Shown here: positions 47,301 to 50,300 of the stretch, piece by piece | Position numbering within the stretch: position 1 is the stretch's first letter | How the letters are laid out: the number at the start of each line of letters is the position of its first letter | Origin: an uncultured Planctomycetia bacterium | GTDB lineage: Bacteria > Omnitrophota > Gorgyraeia > 2-01-FULL-45-10 | Reading direction: 5' to 3' | Assembly (NCBI GenBank): GCA_964450115.1 | Contig: CAYVCD010000002.1 | Location: 1 to 53,652 of the forward strand | DNA length: 53,652 nt | The notes under the pieces: model-generated | What the model was told of the DNA's origin: nothing | The model's database searches: none | What the model saw: only the letters and a program-made list of their open reading frames with translations | Program-made: the position numbers and the translations under genes

Positions 47301-50300
47301 GTAGAAAAAAACAAACGAGACACGAAACCGTCGCGTGACATTCTCAGAAAACTTGCCAGGGCTCTGTGTGTAAGCGTTAAGGTTCTGGAAGCAGGAAGCC
47401 AAAGACGAAAGAAACTGACCAAAAAGTTTATCGCTGAAGTTAAAACGATGCCTACCATAGGGAATAGGTTGAGGGCATTAAGAGAATATATGGGTTGGAG
47501 CATATCGGAACTTTCGCGCAGGACAGCCGCGGCCGATAAGCGAGCTATACACCCATCCTATATATGGGCTATTGAGAAGGGCAAGGCGAAGATCGGTTCG
47601 GTTCCACGTCCGAAAACACTTAATAGACTCGCCCATGCTTTTGGATTAAGCGCGACGATATTCAAAATAAATAAGCTCAAAAGCATTCCTTCGGAGACGC
47701 TGAAAAATATAAGAGCCCTTCCTACGAGAGGGGCACGGCTTAAAGCCGCAAGGCATTATATGGAATTGACCCAGGAAGCCTTGGCTAAAAAAGCGGGCTT
47801 TAATAGAACCACTGTGCAGCGTGTTGAAAAGGATGATGGAGAGAGTAAAACGCCGGCACATACTATTGAAAGCCTTGCCCGGGCCTTAAATATTGATGCG
47901 GAGGTACTCGCGGGGCCCAAGATAATGCCCGCCCATATAATAGCGAAAGTAATGGCGGAATATCCCACAAGGGGCGGCCGCATGAAAGCATTCAGGAAGT
48001 ATAGAAGGTATTCTCAGGACGACACAGCTGCTAAGACGGGTATTGCGCCATTTACATATAAGAAAATAGAGAACGATCTTGTACCAATACCTCGCGGCAT
48101 GACAATTGTGAGGATCGCGTTCGCCGTAGGGATATACCGCAATGTATTTAATGTATTCCCGGGCGAGGCGTCGCAGCCGTCCGTTTCGAAGAATACAAAA
48201 GCCGACTTGATGAAATATGAGTTTGCTACAGCTAATGAGGAGGATATAGCAGATGTAAGAAGACGGCTTATCACTAAATTGTTGGATTCGTCAAGCGAAA
48301 GACTTGCCAAAAGCACGATATGCGCGATGATGCAGGATGCCGGTGATGTAGAGATAACGCCGGCCGATGTGATGCAGGCCATGGAAGAAGATTCCTATCT
48401 TACTTCGCATAAGAACTTTTCTGGCAACGGTAACGGGAATGGATCAGCTGATCCGGCGGCATTGGCTATGACTAATACTTTAATAAGCGCGGAGTCTCAT
48501 ATAGAGAGGGCCGCAAAGGAACTCCGGGAGCGTAAGTATATTCTTGCAAAGAGGGAATATGAGCAAGCTCTTTTACTTGTCCGAACGGAAAAACAGCTCG
48601 TAGTAAAGGCCGCGCAGATGATCGAACGGGCGTCCAAAGGCATGGCTGACTGCGAAGAAGCCGTATCTCGTTTCGTAAGGATGAGATTTGTCGATGAAAA
48701 AGAAGCGATACGGAAGATGCAATTTATTCTGGACCAGATGGTTGAGGTAACAAGAGACCGTATCAGGCAGGAATCGAATGAGGCCACGGAACCGGAATAT
48801 TATGAGAGAATAACGTCCGATCTCATGCGTTATAGTGGCTCCTTGATGACGGAGATGTTCAAGGACACGTCTGCTGTGGAGAGAAGGCTATTTGCCGCAT
48901 CTATCGATAACATAAGAAACGAAATACAATCATATATAGTGGCTATTATCAGAGGGTTAAAAGAGGAACAGACGGGGAGTTATTTACGGCCCGCGCCGCC
49001 AGCCACCGGCCCGGCCGGGGAGCGGTCTACAGCCGATCCGCACTACAAGACATTGCCCGCACCGGAGCCCGGTAGTCCGGAAGAGGCGTACCAACGCCAG
49101 GTGAATCTGCCGGGGATCGGTACGCCGTCAAGGCATAGCTTAAGATTCCGTCAGAGCGATGAGAATATGGGCAAGCCGAAGACGCCAACCGTCGCGCAGG
49201 GCGCTGAATCCGCCGATTTTAGAAAATATTTCAACAAGGTGGTTGAAACGATCTGGCAGGCGGATCCGGCAGAGAGAGAGGCGGCAGCCGTTTATTTCCA
49301 GAAACTTGCCTCGACCTCAAATAAGGCAAGGGAAGAGATCTTTGCCGGGCTCAGGGCGAGACTGAATTTCCAGGACCCCTCTGAAAAAGCAAAAGCAGAA
49401 AATATGGCTATCTTTTATATTGTTTCCCAAATATCCCCCGGTGGGAAAAAAGGCATCAGAAATGCCATGATCAAAGCCAAGATGAAGTTTTTAACTGAAG
49501 CTCTCCCTCTGGCGGGAAGGGAGTTTTTTGAAATGCTTCCGGATGTGCTGGTATTTAAGCCTGAATCTAACGTTGATGAGCAGATGGAAAATCTGGGGAA
49601 TATGGATGGCATTACCTCCGCTAGTTTGAAGCACCATTTACTTACGCCACTTGGCGAAATAAAATTCGGAGTTCTAAGGGGGTATGAAGGATTGAGCGAT
49701 ATGGCAATAGACAATCTTGTAAAAAATAACCAGCGGCTTAGCCTTAGCAGGGCAATGATCTTTTATTATATGGATGATTGCGTCATTCCGCTGAATGAGT
49801 TAATGGCGTGGTGTAATAAAGTCCTGGTGCATGCGGCGAAAAAATGGGACCCTTGCCGCGGAATACGGTTTTCCACTTATGCGTACGAAGCCATTAACAG
49901 GACAACATCAAGGCTCCGTAGAAAAGAAAAAGATAGGAGAGAGAAGGAGGTTGTTCTATCGGATGATGTTTGGGGAGTTCCTGACTATTGGCCGACAGAC
50001 GTCGCTCAGGAAGTCGAGGATTTCGAAGAGATAACCTTACTGCGTCAAGCTTTGGCGGCCTTGCCGGAAACAGAAAGAACTATAATGGAGTGGTATTACG
50101 GGATCAACCTGCCTGCGGATCTTTCGGTAAAAGGCGGCGGCGGAATGACCATCGAACAGATCGGCGAGCGTTTGGGATTGACCTACGCGCAGGTAAAGAA
50201 GCGCAGGACGGTCGTTGAAAAAGGGTTAAAGGAACTCTTCGAACGCAAACCCCGGCCGCAGCAACTGGTTTGGTTAGATAAAAGATTTGTGGATAAGAAT

